From Balamuthia mandrillaris (Eukaryota), in contig JAVKOQ020000095.1 of assembly GCA_031835245.2 (NCBI GenBank), forward strand, positions 62,001 to 126,000: a DNA stretch of 64,000 nt, in the 5' to 3' direction. The position numbers were made by a program, and so were the translations under genes. The notes under the pieces are model-generated. The model saw only the letters and a program-made list of their open reading frames with translations, was not told the DNA's origin and searched no databases. Numbering within the stretch: the stretch's first letter is position 1; the number at the start of each line of letters is the position of its first letter. Positions 1 to 12,987 of the stretch are shown piece by piece.

Positions 1-1624
1 CAACGCTCTCTTTCTGTTTAGCTGCAAATGAAGTGTCCCTGGTTTGACCTCGAATGAGGGTCAAAAGCTGTTCCAAACAGGAGAGATGACCGCCTCTACA
101 GACTTCATGAAATACAGTTCTTCCTCGATTGTCCTTCTGATACAGTCCTTTCTCTAACTCCGGATAGTTTCCTTCTACAACGCCGAAGTCCTTATGATTG
201 TTAACGCTTTCATCGTCATCTTCTTCTCCGTTCTCGTCGTTGCCGTAGATTCCCAAGTCATCGCCATCATCCAACAACCAAGAATGCGTTTTCAGCTCTT
301 CTAAACAAAACATGAGACACTCGCGATGTCCTCTTCGAGCAACCAAATGCAGTGCGGTCGAGCCCTGTCGATTCAACTGACGAACTATGGAGGAGCGAAG
401 AAAAGGAGAGGAAGGAGAACCGTTTTCGGATTGTTGAGGTTGTTGTTCCAAAATGTATTCTACGTGTCGAGTCCAATCGGTGCAAAGCTCCTTGAGCGTG
501 TCCAAATGACCGTTGGCTGCTGCCAGATGGACCGCTGTGTCTTGGTTGGCATTGAGCGCTTGCAAAAACGCAAAGTCTCTCGTGGCCTTCAGCAGCGCCA
601 CCACGCACTTGGTGTAGCCATGAAAGGAAGCCACGTGAAGACAGGTGTTGTGTTGCTGGTAGTCGGAGAGAGCGTGATCCACGCCGTATTTCAGAAGGAG
701 GGCTACTGATTTGGCGTTGTTGCGGAAGCAAGCCCAGTGTAGGCAGGTCCAGCCTCGATCGTCTTGCACGTTGAGGAGATTTGGGAATTGCAGCTGAATG
801 CCAGAAAGCAGAAGTTCCAGACAGGCCTTTCCTTCAGAGTCTGAATAATTGATGGGAGACTCGTTAGAGACAGGAGGAAAAGGAACGAACGAGAATAGAG
901 AAGAAAGAAGAAGGCAGAAGACAGAAAGAAGTTAGTACGTGTTCCAGCAGCTGCAGAGTGAAGTACAGTGCGGCCATGCTTGTCCACCAAGTCAAGCTCG
1001 ACAAAACACTCGGCCACAAGCGAATCCACGCATGTCCGCCTAGAATTGAGACAAGCAAGATGCAAGGCAGTGGCACCATTTCGGTCCTGCGCATTCACAT
1101 CACACTTGTACTGATGCAATAAGAGAAGGACTTCTGTGTGGCCGCAAGCAGCAGCCCAATGGAAGGGCGTTCTTCCCTCCAAGTCTCGTGAGTCAATGCC
1201 TCCCCCCTCTTTTGAACTCTCATCATCATCCTCGTCATCATAAGCGTCGTCGTCTTCCTCTTTGCGATCCTGTTCGATACAAGAGAGCAGCCACTCTGCT
1301 ATGCCCACCGCACCGAGCTCTGCCGCCATCGACAGAGCAGAGCGCCCCTCGATGTCCTTCTTCACGACATTGGCTCCCAAGTTGATGAGCTCCTCCACGC
1401 ATCGCTCGTGTTTGTTAAGTGTGGCCAAATGGAGAGCACCTCGTTTTTGGTTGTCCGTTTGTAGGAGAACGGAAATGTCTTCGTCCAGCATTATTGAGAG
1501 GAGATGCCAGTGGCCATACATGCTCGCAAAGTGCAGACCTGTTCTTCCCATTTTGTCCTTCTTCAATAGATCGGCATCCATCTCTACACAAACACAAAAC
1601 CATAACTGCATTAGCAAGAGAGGA

Positions 1625-1661
<37 letters not shown>

Positions 1662-2099
1662 GCGAGAAGAGAAAAGATCGATCGAGGTACCAAGAAGCAA
1701 CTCTAAGCATTCTTTGTGGCCATTGGCGCAGGCAGCATGAAGGGCCGTCCGGCCCAATGGATCCGTGCTGTTGACGTCAAAGGTTGGCGCCTTGTCCAAA
1801 ATGATGATAGCGATTTCGTGGTGGCCGTTGCAGCAGGCAGCAAACAAGGGAGTGACCTGCTCGTATGCTTGAAAGGCAAGCTCTTCGTCCTGCTCCAGCA
1901 GCTCCAAACAGCGCTGCTCATCTCCTTGCAAAGCAGCTGCCACCAAGGGCTGATGCTCTTCGCAAATCTCCGCATTTAAATCAATGAAAATCCCTTTTTT
2001 TCAGTGTTGATGGTTTTCACGATGAGATGGAGTGGCCAAGATTTTTTTCAGTGGAGAATAGGATGAGCGTTGGAGCGTACCTGTTTCGCCATAGTCCAT
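1..2099 (-). CDS. Multi-exon ankyrin-repeat protein (3' end runs off the left edge of the window)
   Basis: ATG at 2099 (MDYGETG|gtacgc) splices to GIFIDLNAE...LVAAALQGDE. Repeated ankyrin motifs (GRTALHAAC, GRTGLHFAS, GRTPFHWAA, GATALHLAC) lie in exons separated by (CT)n introns. Confidence 0.85.
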
Positions 2100-2539
2100 C
2101 GTTAGCGATGTCTGTCGATCACCGCTCCTTCTTCTTCCAATCAAAACTCGAAGATGAGAGCGGAAAGCTCCGAAAAGTCGTTACTGCTACTTTTTTTTTG
2201 CGGAAAACTTTTCCAACGGTCAACCACAATTTCCTCTCTCTCCTCTCTTGCTCTACTCAACAGCGAATTCCACGCTTGGTTGGTGTAGCCAAAAGGGCGG
2301 GCCAGATAGTCCGGGTAAAAGCGCACTCGATTTGGCGGGAAAACCCAACCTCCCCTTGTTCCTCTTCACGCGTGTCGTCTTTTCTTTTTCTTTCTTTTTC
2401 TTTTAATATTTTTGTATTTTTTATTGTGGCACATTCGGAGATACCCCTCAGGTCGTGACGGTTTAGAGTTCGTTATTTTGCTGACGTGTTAAAGTGTACG
2501 TCGACAAATATGCCACACACATTCCCATATTTTTGTCGA

Positions 2540-2786
2540 CTATTGTCGACAGCTGAGGAATCGGGCGACGGGCGTGCCGTGAAGGGCGACCTCCAGCTCG
2601 GTCCGTGAGACCAGCAGGCCGAGGTGGCTGGTGTGGGTGGGCTCCAGCAGTCCACACGAGACCAACGCGGAGCAGAGGTAGTTGAAGGTGGAGATGTCCT
2701 TTGGCACGGACATCTGCTCTGCCACCAGGCGATAGGGTTTATGAAGCTGCATTCATTCCACAAAGAAAAGAGCAAAAATAAGTAAG

Positions 2787-2831
<45 letters not shown>

Positions 2832-4948
2832 AGAAGAAGAAGAAGAAGAAAAGGCGTCAACGTACATCGGTCTGGAGAATAGGCATCTTGCCTTCTTCCT
2901 GACACTGCAAACAAGTCACCAACAATAACTGTTGTTGCGCTGGCAAAGTCCGAATGAGCTGCACTCTCTTATTGCCATAGTTGCTTCCGTTAATCGCCTC
3001 AAACATATGTTCTATAGAAACCATCGGTATCTTCTTTTGTTGATTCATTGACGTAACAGATTTCTCGTCAGCATCCTTACTGCTTACGTCTTGACTCTGC
3101 CATTGCTTTTTGATGTCGGCCATTGCAATGTCAATAGCCTCGTTGCAAAGGTCAAAGGCAAAACGGAGGTCTCCGCGAGAACCGGCCACATGGTTGGTGC
3201 AGAGGTCCAAGGCAGCGTCAGCAAAAATGTTGGGAGCTTTGCGCTGGATGACGCTCCGTAGTTGACCAGCCGAGTAAGGGCCAAAAGAGAGCTGCTCAAT
3301 GTTGTTTGCTGTTCATTTTAAGTTATTCAAAAGAAAACGAAACTAATAAAGAGAAAAGATTAATCGAGTTGAAGTATAATACCATAACGATGAGCAGCAA
3401 GATTTGGAAGGAGCTCTTTTAAGCTCAAAGCGTTGGCAATGCCAATGAGGATCAAGGAAGATCCGGCGTGTGTTGTAAACTCAAACAGAGTGTAAAGAAG
3501 CTCGTGAAAGCCTTTAAGCTTGGCCAAAGAGTCAAGCTCGTCGATGATAAGAACACTTAGACACAAAGTCAGTGAAAGAGCAACAAATAAGAAGAAAAGA
3601 GCATAGAAGAGAACGAGAGAACAAGAGCACAGAACGAGCGGAGGAGAAAACGTACGTATGTTGGTCATTAGAAGGATTGAGAAGGAGCTTATCCAGCCCA
3701 AGATTTTTGTTTTCCTTTTGCCCAAACTTTTCAAAGATGACCGAACAGATGTCGGTCGTCGATTGTATCTGCATTCCGTTTACTTGGATGACTAGGGAGG
3801 CATACAAAAGGCCCGTTAGAGGGAGAGTGAGACTCAGAAAGAGGGAGAGATGTGTGTGTGAGAGAGAGAGAACGTAGAAGAGAGGAAAGACAATACAAAC
3901 CTTTGGAATGGAGCTCCTGGCTGTGCTCCCAACTTTGCATATATCTAACAACACACTGCAGAGACGCCGTCTTGCCCGTTCCTGGCATTCCCGAAATATA
4001 CATCGCACCGCCTGAACTCTCTTCCTTCTCTCGCGTCTTCTTCCGTTGCAAGACACACCGCTGCCAAAAGGCAATGATCCTGTTTTGCTCCTCCTGTCTC
4101 TCGTGAATGGCCGAGGAAGACTTGTCTCCTTTGCTCATGGCTCGCTGTGCATCGCTAAAGCGTTCCTCCACTTTGGCCCACTGCTGTGGCTCCAGAGGTT
4201 CATCGTTCCACGGATAGTTGAAGTCATTGAGGAGGAGAGAGAGCTCCGCCTCATTCATGGTGTGTTGGCGGTAGAGAAAGGCGTTGGGGTTAAAGGAGAC
4301 TTGGGTCTTGGCGTTGTTGGGCCGATATTCTGTATGAACACAAAGTTAGAGAGAAAGGAGCAACGAAAAAAAGAAGAAGCCAAGAAACCTACCCATCGGC
4401 TTCTTAGGCAGATCTCTACGTTTTTCCCGCTCTTTCTGTTTGTTCATTTCTTGGCACAAAAGCTGCGCCTCTTTGCTTCTCAGCTTGCTTGTAACTGCCA
4501 GCTGGCTGTCCGTGCATGTGTTGCTGCGTAGCAGTCTCCTGGGGGTGGTGGCGGAAGTGGAGGCAGCTCTTTTTGGAGTTGTTGATGGAGAGGAGAAGTC
4601 CAGTTGCTTTGGTTGCTTGGGTTCTCGCTTCACGAAGCGTCTCTTCCGATCGACATTATTTTCAGAGGCAGCAACGCCTTTTGTGGCAGCGTTGCTCTTC
4701 GTCCTCTTTGTCGTTGGCGGTGTCGTTGTGGGAGAGGTCAAGTCCAGTTTCTTCGGCTTCGCTTTTCCTCTTTGTTGCGACCTTCGATCGATCCTGCTTT
4801 CGGAGGCAGGGCTGTTTTGCAAGGAGTTGCGCGTCCTCCTCGGCGGGGAGATCAACCCGCCCTTCCGTTCGCGCGCTTCCGCGCGCCGCTGAAGCTTCTC
4901 CGCCTCCTTCTGCAGCGCCAGCACTTCCCTGGATTTCTTTTTGGGCAT
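2540..4948 (-). CDS. cdc6: Cdc6/Orc1-family AAA+ replication licensing ATPase (multi-exon)
   Basis: N-terminus is basic with CDK-like SP/TP sites. Walker A YISGMPGTGKT, Walker B LIIDELD, LILIGIANAL, GDLRFAFDLC, and a C-terminal winged-helix-like exon (FNYLCSALVSCGLL). Confidence 0.85.
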
Positions 4949-4979
4949 GCTTTTTTTTTTGTTGTGGGCTTGGGATCGC

Positions 4980-5029
<50 letters not shown>

Positions 5030-5083
5030 GTCTCGTCTCTGTTTTGTCCCTACATCAACGGCCAGCGCAACGAGACGGAAAAA

Positions 5084-5094
5084 TTGGCGGGAAA
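5084..5094 (-). promoter_or_regulatory. E2F-like site TTTCCCGCCAA upstream of cdc6
   Basis: Plus strand reads TTGGCGGGAAA, about 135 nt upstream of the cdc6 ATG. It matches the E2F consensus TTTSSCGC. Confidence 0.5.
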
Positions 5095-5261
5095 CTAGCC
5101 ACTCATGTCGACATGAAAACTTATGGGAACGGAAATTCCCAAACATTCCTTTTCTCGTAAAATGTTACACACATTTTTGCTTTGTTTAGGGTTGTGGAAT
5201 GCGCATGCTTTTAATTCTCGGCATTCCAAAAATTCTTATCGATAGCAAAAAAAAACAAGAG

Positions 5262-5685
5262 ATGAAAGATCAGAAGCTCATCCCTCCCTTTCGATTTTCC
5301 ATAGTGGAGGAGGGCGTTTACAGAGGGGCCTATCCCACCAAACGCAACATGCGTTTTCTCAAGAGGTTTTAATCCATCTCACCATTCGCGTTGTTTTCTG
5401 TTTTTTTCGTTGACGTTGTGTCTTGTAAATCATGTCGTAACACCTCCTCTCCTGTTTTTCAGGCTGAAGTTGAGAACTCTCATCTCCCTCATCAAAGAGG
5501 AGAGCGAAGAGATCAGTCGTTTCTGTCAAGAACAACACATCCGACACATTCACCACCGCGTGGGTCGCTCCAAAGATGAGATCAACACTCCCCCCAAACT
5601 CGTCACAGAAATTTTAGAGGTAGCGACATAGCTGTTGCGTTCCATTGCTCCTTTTTTTTTCATGATAACCGACCATTTGCCTTCT

Positions 5686-5722
<37 letters not shown>

Positions 5723-5929
5723 TCTCGGTACCTCTCTCTTCAAAAGACGTTAATAGATCCGCGCAACCTACCGGTCTACATTCACGGCTTCGATGGCGCT
5801 AATGTCACCGGTGTGGTCGTCATGTGCCTTCGTAAACTCCAAAACTGGAACCTTTCCGTGACCTTCACCGAGTTCACACGGTACGGCACAACGAGAAGCA
5901 AACACGATGAATGAGAAGAGAGAGAGAAG

Positions 5930-5972
<43 letters not shown>

Positions 5973-6864
5973 GAAGGGAAGAAAGTCTCTTTCTTAAAAA
6001 CTAGTTTTTTTTTAAAGGTTCACGAGAGGCAATTCCATCTCGTCTATCGAATCCGAGTTCGTGGAGACCTTCAAGACGGAGATCAAAGTGCCTCCGGTTA
6101 TTCCTCATTGGCTCTGGCAAGGACGGCGCAACGTGCGCCATCCCAGCATGAGACTTCGGCTCTTAAAAGACAACAACAACAATCACAATGTTGCTGGAGG
6201 AGAAGCACATCAACAACCATATAACGTAGATGGAGGAACGATTATAACCACATCAACAACGATAACTGTCACAACAACGAACGAGAGTGATCCAACCGAC
6301 AGCAATGAAACTGCTCCTTCTTCGTCTTTCATGTCTTCTTCTGCTTTTGAAGAAGAGCAACTTCATCAACAAAGGCAACAACATCAGCAACGATCCCCTG
6401 ACCTTCGGGTTTCATGGGAAGGTCCTTCTTCTTCTTTCCAAAGGCCTGTGGAACATGAAACATCTCTCCTTTCTCCCCCTCGTTCCAGCTCACCTATGTC
6501 ACCTATTCCGGCAGATACCCTAAGAAGAGACAACAACAACACTCATGATGATGACAGCAGCATCGACAGCAGTAATAACGATAGTTTTCAAGAAGAGAAA
6601 GAAGCGAGTGGAGATGGATGGGTCGATGTGGATATCTCGGATGCGCAGTGGGATGATTCCAGGGACTTGGATGCATTGGCCTTGGAGCTGGGACCTTCGG
6701 GAAGATGGGTAACAAAGGCGTCCTCTCTCCTCTGCTCTTCTTCGTTCTCTCTGTTCTCCCTTTCTCGGTCTCTCCGTAGTCCTCTTCTCTTCATTCGTTC
6801 TCTTCTTTTTCTCACGTGTTTTTTTGGGCAACGTTAGAAACGAAGAAGCAACATCCCGTGGTAA
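5262..6864 (+). CDS. PFA-DSP/Siw14-Oca family tyrosine-phosphatase-like protein (Oca6-like), probably catalytically dead
   Basis: Exons encode LIPPFRFSIVEEGVYRGAYP, PVYIHGFDGANVTGVVVMCLRKLQNW and EFVETF...PHWLW. The short last exon (KRRSNIPW*) is tentative. Confidence 0.75.
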
Positions 6865-7189
6865 ACTCACGACGGCACATGAGAACAGGATGCCCTTTTT
6901 TATTTCCGTCTGTCTCCTCTGTCTTCTTCCCTTTGTTGCAACTAAATCTCTTTTTTTTAAACGTCTTGGTCTTTTTTTATGTTTATACATTTTGTATTTT
7001 TTATTTTCGTTTTTACTGTTTTATGTTTTTGTTTTTGTTTTTTTCCTTCACTACCCTCTTTCTCTCTTTCTTTCTTGTCGTTTTCTTTCTTTGTTTCTTT
7101 GTTTTTGTTTCTTTCTTTCCTTCCTTCTTTATTGTTGTTTCTCTCTCGTTCTTTCTTTATATCTCTTTTTTTTTTGTTCTGCTATTCGT

Positions 7190-7345
7190 TTTTTTATTTT
7201 TTATTTTTTATTTTTTATTTTTTATTTTTTATTTTTTATTTTTTATTTTTTTGTTTTATTTTTAATTTTTTTTTGTTTAATTTTTTAATTTTTAATTTTT
7301 ATTTTTTATTTTTTATTTTTTATTTTTTTGTTTTATTTTTTATTT
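7190..7345. repeat. (TTTTTTA)n low-complexity tandem repeat in an AT-rich intergenic region
   Basis: Directly visible 7-mer repeat. Confidence 0.9.
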
Positions 7346-7386
7346 TATTCATTATTTATTTGTTTATCCATCGCTACTCTTTTTCT

Positions 7387-7434
<48 letters not shown>

Positions 7435-7639
7435 ATTTCATTTTTTTTGGGGTTCCGCTACGTTTTTTATAACATATTTTTCCATCCATCCATCTGCTGC
7501 TACTCTTTTTCATTCATTCATTCATTCATTTTTGGGGTTCCGCTACTTTTTTTTTTTGGTTAACGAAAGCAGACGAAAGCAAACCGGAGCGGAGCGAAAG
7601 CAGAAGAGGCACGCGAAGGAGGAGGAGGAGGAGAAGAGG

Positions 7640-10328
7640 ATGATGGACGATACCATGACGGAGCGGTTCATAGTCTCTGCGGAGAGCTCGAGGAGCTGTC
7701 TTGTGGATGGTGCCTTGCTCCTTGTTTTTTTTTTCATGCAATGGATCTTGTTTCGTCTTACCTATGGTTCTTCTTGTTCGCACATCAGTTGAGGTTTGCT
7801 TGTCAGCAGCTGGCGTTCAAACGAAGAAGAAAGTCTACCACCGAGTAGTGCATCTCCTTCAACAAAAGTACTCTCTCTGTCTTTCTCTCTATCTCTCTCT
7901 CTCTCTCTGCTCTTCTCTGTCTTGTGCTTCATTATTTTGCATGTCTCTCTGTTGTCGTTTTGTCCTGTTCAGAGGTATTATATTGTATGAGAACGGTATG
8001 GCCCCTTCTTCAGCTTCTCCCATGCCGCCTGTTGCTTCGTTGCCAACTACCTTCATAACGGATGGAAGCGGGTGTCTTATGGTGGATTTCTCGGAGGATG
8101 GCTTCCTATCTTCCAACGTTGAATATATAGCCATATGCAGTTCATTTGGTTAGTTGCTCTTCTTCATGTTCTTGTTCTTGTTCTTCTTCTTCATGTTCTT
8201 GTTCTTGTTCTTCTTCTTCTTCTTCTTCACGTTCTGCTTTTCCTTCTCGTTCTGCATTTCTTCTTCTGCGTCTTACAGTTTTCCGGTTCTGGCAGAGATC
8301 ACGAGACCGCTAAGTTTGTCAGGATTAGATCCAAGAGGAGTGCGTTTCCATCTCTTTCATCTTCAGGACGGCGGAAACGAGGCTGAGGACGTCGACAACC
8401 ATGGAGCACATGAAGATGCTACCTCTCGTTATCAACAATGGTAACATCTTACCTGCTCTTGCGTCTTTGAAAACAAGTTTATCGTCTTTTAAAAACAAAA
8501 CCAGGATCCTTCCTTGTCGCGACTTTGATAGGATGTGGGAAAGGTATAGCCATAGCTCGCCTTTGCTCTTTGAACATACTCACATGCATATTGTGTGCTC
8601 TCACGCAGTCTCGTCTTTGACGACGGAATCAAAGGACGATTGTTGAGTTATATCGAGACAGGTGCAACCCTTTTCCTTCAAGTGTACGACACCATTCTAA
8701 TGCTATTGTTTCTGTGATAAAGGCTTATTATTTGCGGATAAAGCAGTCAATACCCAACTTATTTCGTGGAATCGGTATTATTACTTTTGTTTTGCTTCGT
8801 GCTTAAATTTCTATCGTTTGCTGATGTCCTTTCTTTGCGTTCTTCCATAACAACAGGATCGTATTGCTCTATGGTTACAAACTCTCTCTCTCTCTCTCTC
8901 TCGTCTCTCTCTGTATCTAAAATGTGCTTACACATACATTCTAGGGTATGAACGTGAAACTATAGTTCTCTTTTTTTCATTTCGTTATTTACAGCCACAT
9001 TTCAAGGCCACCAGGAACAGGTAAAACGTCACTGTGCAAGGCCCTCGCCCAGAAGATCGCCATTCGATTACAGCATCGCTATGACTATGGCCTTTTGATC
9101 GAATTGAATGCCCATAGGTGACTTTTCGCTTCTCTCTTTGCTTTTTTTTTCTCTTCTGCACATCCAAAAACCCATTAACAATTCTTCAGTCTATTTTCCA
9201 AATGGTTTTCCGAAAGTGGCAAAATGGTACTGCAACTCTTTGAAAAGATTCGCGACGTTACGGAAGCCAACAACGAAGCCTTTGTCTGCCTTCTCATTGA
9301 CGAAGTCGAAAGCTTGACAGCAGCGAGAAGCAGAGCCATCGCCGGGAATGAGCCTTCGGACGCTGTTCGCGTCGTCAACGCTTTGCTCACCCAAATCGAT
9401 CGCATCAAGCATTTGAGGAACATTGTTGTGTTGACCACTTCGAACGTTAGCAATGCTTTGGACGATGTACGTGATATTAACGTTTTTTTTTGAGTTTTTA
9501 TACCATTTGTTAACTGTTTGTGTTCGAAAGGCATTTCTGGATAGGGCAGATGTGAAGCAGTATATAGGGCTGCCGGGCGTTCGTTGTCGTTATAACCTTC
9601 TCAAGTCGGCTGCCGAAGAATTGATGAGAGTTAGCATCATTTCTCCTCGAGTACAGTTGCCCTCTTTCTTCGCTTTCGTGAAAGAATGAGCAAATACTAA
9701 CCTGTTTATTTTCTTTTCTGCATTCGTTTTTTTTGCTTTCTTCTATCTTTTTATTCATCAGCAAGTTTTATTGGATTATCACTCGGTTCTGCTTTTCAAA
9801 CGTACCTTTTGTTTGCTTTTCAGTTTACTCTTCATTCAGTTTTGGTAATTCTTTAAAAAAAACAACAGAAGAGGAAGAAAACAAATTGACAAAGAGCAGT
9901 TTACATTTGTTACGAATTGCCTCTTTGTGCGAAGGCGTGAGCGGACGTTCCTTGCGTAAACTTCCTGTAAGTCTCTCTTTTCTGCTTCGAGGTCCCATTC
10001 ATTCATTTAAAATCTTCCTCCCCTTTATTTATTTTTTTCAAACAGTTTGTTGCGCTTGCTTTGTACGTTCAGGTTAAACTTTTTCCTCCTTTTCTTCTTC
10101 TTGTTCTTCTTTTACTTCTTCTTCTTGCTTCTTCTTCTGCTTCTTTTACTCCTTCTTCCATTCTTTTTTTGTTATTAAAATATTTGTGATATTCAGCAAT
10201 CGACAGCAACTTTGGCGCAGTTCCTGGATGCGGTGGAGCGAGCAATTATCGCCGAAAACAACAACAATATCAACGACGATCCATCCGCAAGAATGATAAT
10301 GGACGGCTCTGCCGATAAAGAAGAATAA
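7640..10328 (+). CDS. pch2: Pch2/TRIP13 AAA+ ATPase (HORMA-domain remodeller), many exons
   Basis: Exons encode [101 protein letters not shown] and [12 protein letters not shown], all characteristic of TRIP13/Pch2. Confidence 0.93.
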
Positions 10329-10406
10329 TGAACAGGCATGTACAAGGTATTTACAATAATCATCAACAACAGGAAGATATCAACAAATAAAACAAAAAAC
10401 AAACAT

Positions 10407-12415
10407 TCAAGGAGGGGAATCGGACAACGGAAAGAACTTTGTGGACGCTTTGGAGACGACGCTCTCGCAGAGGGCCATCAACCATGACATCACGTTGTTC
10501 ATCGCTCGATGCATGCCTACTATCCTCTCATCGATGTCTGTTTTTTGTTTTTGTGGCGACGTCGTTACAAAAAAACGAAACCGAAAGAGAGCAAGGTACA
10601 CAGTCCAAGAGAGAGAGAGAGAGAGAAAGAAACAGAGAGGGACGGAGAGACAGAGAGAAACAGAGAGAAAAAACAGAGAGAGAGAGAGAGAGACAGAGAG
10701 AGAAAGTGGAATAGAGAACAAGGAAAAAAAAAAGAAGAGAAAGAGAGATCATACCATGTAAACCATAAGCAGCACAAACATCGGCATAATACTGTGCCAA
10801 CGTCGCTCGCTTCTTCGCCTTCACGCTATTACTTCCATTCACTCCAACCAATTGCTGTTGTTGTTGTCGCTGTTGTTGCTGTAGCTCCACTTCCAATTCT
10901 CTCACTCTTCTCTCCGCAGCGAATCTTCTCTCCCTTTCCTGTCGCAACAAAGTCATCGTCTCCTCCAACTGCGCCTCCAACTCGGAGTGTCGGCCTTCTG
11001 CCTCGTGAGAGCGGCTCTCCAGGCGCAGCAACTGCTCTTTCAACGTTTGGATGAGGCGATGAAGTTGTTGAAGTTCTTCTTCTTCTGGTTCATCTTCATA
11101 TTCTTCTTGTTCTTCTTCGTGTTCTTCTTCTTCGTCGTTTACACCTTTTTCTTTTCCTTTTGATGTTTCGGTTGTTCCTCGTCGTAAGCTTCTTGTTCGT
11201 GTTCGTCGTCGTCTTCTGCGTTGTCTTGTTGTCCCTTCTTCAGATTCTTCGTCTTCCTCATTCTCTTCTTCGGAATCGGATGTATAAGAAAGCAACAGCC
11301 GTTTTGCAATTGCTTCAAAAAGACCTTCCTGTTGATTTATTGTTGTGGAAAACAAAGATCAGTTTAACAAAGAGAATAAATACCAAATAGTGATGAGACA
11401 CGAGTAAAAAGGAGAAAGTGAAGAGAGCGAGAGCGAGAGCGAGAGCGAGAGAGAGAAGATAAAAACAGAGAAAACTAGCAAACAAACGTACGCCATTTTG
11501 AGCTTCCATCTCAACTATCAGCTGCTTCAAACGTTCCTGCAACGAACTAGCATCTATCGCAGTCGGCGCCATAGTCCCTCCAATCAAAACGTTGTTGCTG
11601 TTACTCTCGTTATTGTTGTTTTGTCTCCAAAAAAGTATAGGGCCTATAAAGAGCTCCAGCTGACGAAGAAGCGTGCGTCGGCTCTCGTACTCCCTCTCCA
11701 GGGCTTGCACCTGTCGTGAGACCTGTTCCATCCTGGCCGCCAATGTCGTCACACAAAACGAAAACGATGAAGAAGGAGACGAAGACAAGAAAGAAGAAGA
11801 AGGAGAAGAAGACGAAGAAGAAGTAGCAGAAGAAGAAGAACAAGAAAGCGGAGAAGAAGGGGAAGAATTCGATTCCACCAAAACTCCAGTAGCCCTCTCC
11901 TCTGCACTTCTTGCCGTTGTGGTCGTTGCGGTAGAACGGAGCTGCCGCAGCCGTCCTTGAAGGCTCTGCATCTCGCTCCTGGCCCTCCTCAGCTCCGCCC
12001 TGCAGCGGTCCGCCCAGCGAAGGGCTCGCAGCACGGCGGCATGGAGGCGCGCGTCGTAGTCCTCCACCAGCTTCTCGGCCTGACGGGCTCGGGTCTGGGC
12101 GTAGGCGAGCGCCTCCACCAGGCTGGCCACCTGGCTCTCCAGGGTGGAGGAGAAGGAGGAGGTCGCGCTGTCCAATTCTTCTGCTTCTTGGTCGGACTCG
12201 TCAAAAACGGAAGAAGCAGACGCAGAAAGAAAGAGAGAAGCGGAAGCAGCAAGAGAAGGAGAGGCAGAGCGAGAAATGCTCGATGATGATTGCGGGTGAT
12301 TATTGTCGACAAAGGAGAAGGAGGAGGCGCTCTCCTCTTCGGGGTCGTCCGCACCAAAGGCAGAGTAGAGCTGGTCCCACTCTTCGAGTTGGGAAGAAGA
12401 AGAAGGATCCATCAT
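10407..12415 (-). CDS. Uncharacterised coiled-coil protein with Ser-rich and acidic linkers (3 exons)
   Basis: Long ORFs 11315-12421 and 10528-11355 show heptad-like segments (LESQVASLVEALAY..., LQQLHRLIQTLKEQLL...) joined by GT-AG introns. Confidence 0.65.
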
Positions 12416-12987
12416 CACCAAAAAAAAAAAAAACCAAGAGGTCCTCCTCCTCTCCCCTTCTTCTCCGCCTCTTTTTCCTCTTTCTCTCTTTTTCTTTTTA
12501 TTTATTTAATTTTTTTGTTTTGATTTTTTGACATTTGTTTTCTGATTGGATACGAAAACTCTGCATTATTGCTACGAAAATTCAATTTTTAATGCCGACA
12601 ATCGTCTTCTTCTCCTTCTGCTTCTTCTTGTTCTTGTTCTTTTTCTCCTCCTCCTCCTCCTTCTTCTTCTTCTTCTCCTCCTGTTCTTGTTCTTGTTATG
12701 TTGCTTCTCCTTGTTCTTCTTCTTCTTCTCCTACTGTTTTTTCTTCTTCTTCTTCTTCTTCTTTGTTCTCATGTACATTTTCTTGTTTTTTCTTGTTCTT
12801 GTTATTCTTGGTCTTGTTCTGCTTCTTGTTCTTGTTCTTCTTCTTGCTGCTACCTCTGCTAGTTCGTTCCAAACCAAGGACTAAAAAGCCACCGAGCATG
12901 GTCGTACGGTTGAAGGAGCATCTCATTTCTCACGTCTCTTCGCTATCTTTCTCGTGATTGCTCCTCAACCAGGCCCTCAGATCTGCT

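Noticed and set aside
6816..7563. Several 150-190 aa Phe/Leu-rich ORFs resembling membrane proteins
   Set aside because: Translations of T-rich low-complexity intergenic DNA that lacks stop codons by composition.
12535..12957. Poly-Ser/Phe/Leu ORFs
   Set aside because: (TTC)n-type low-complexity tract; no splice-consistent coding signal.
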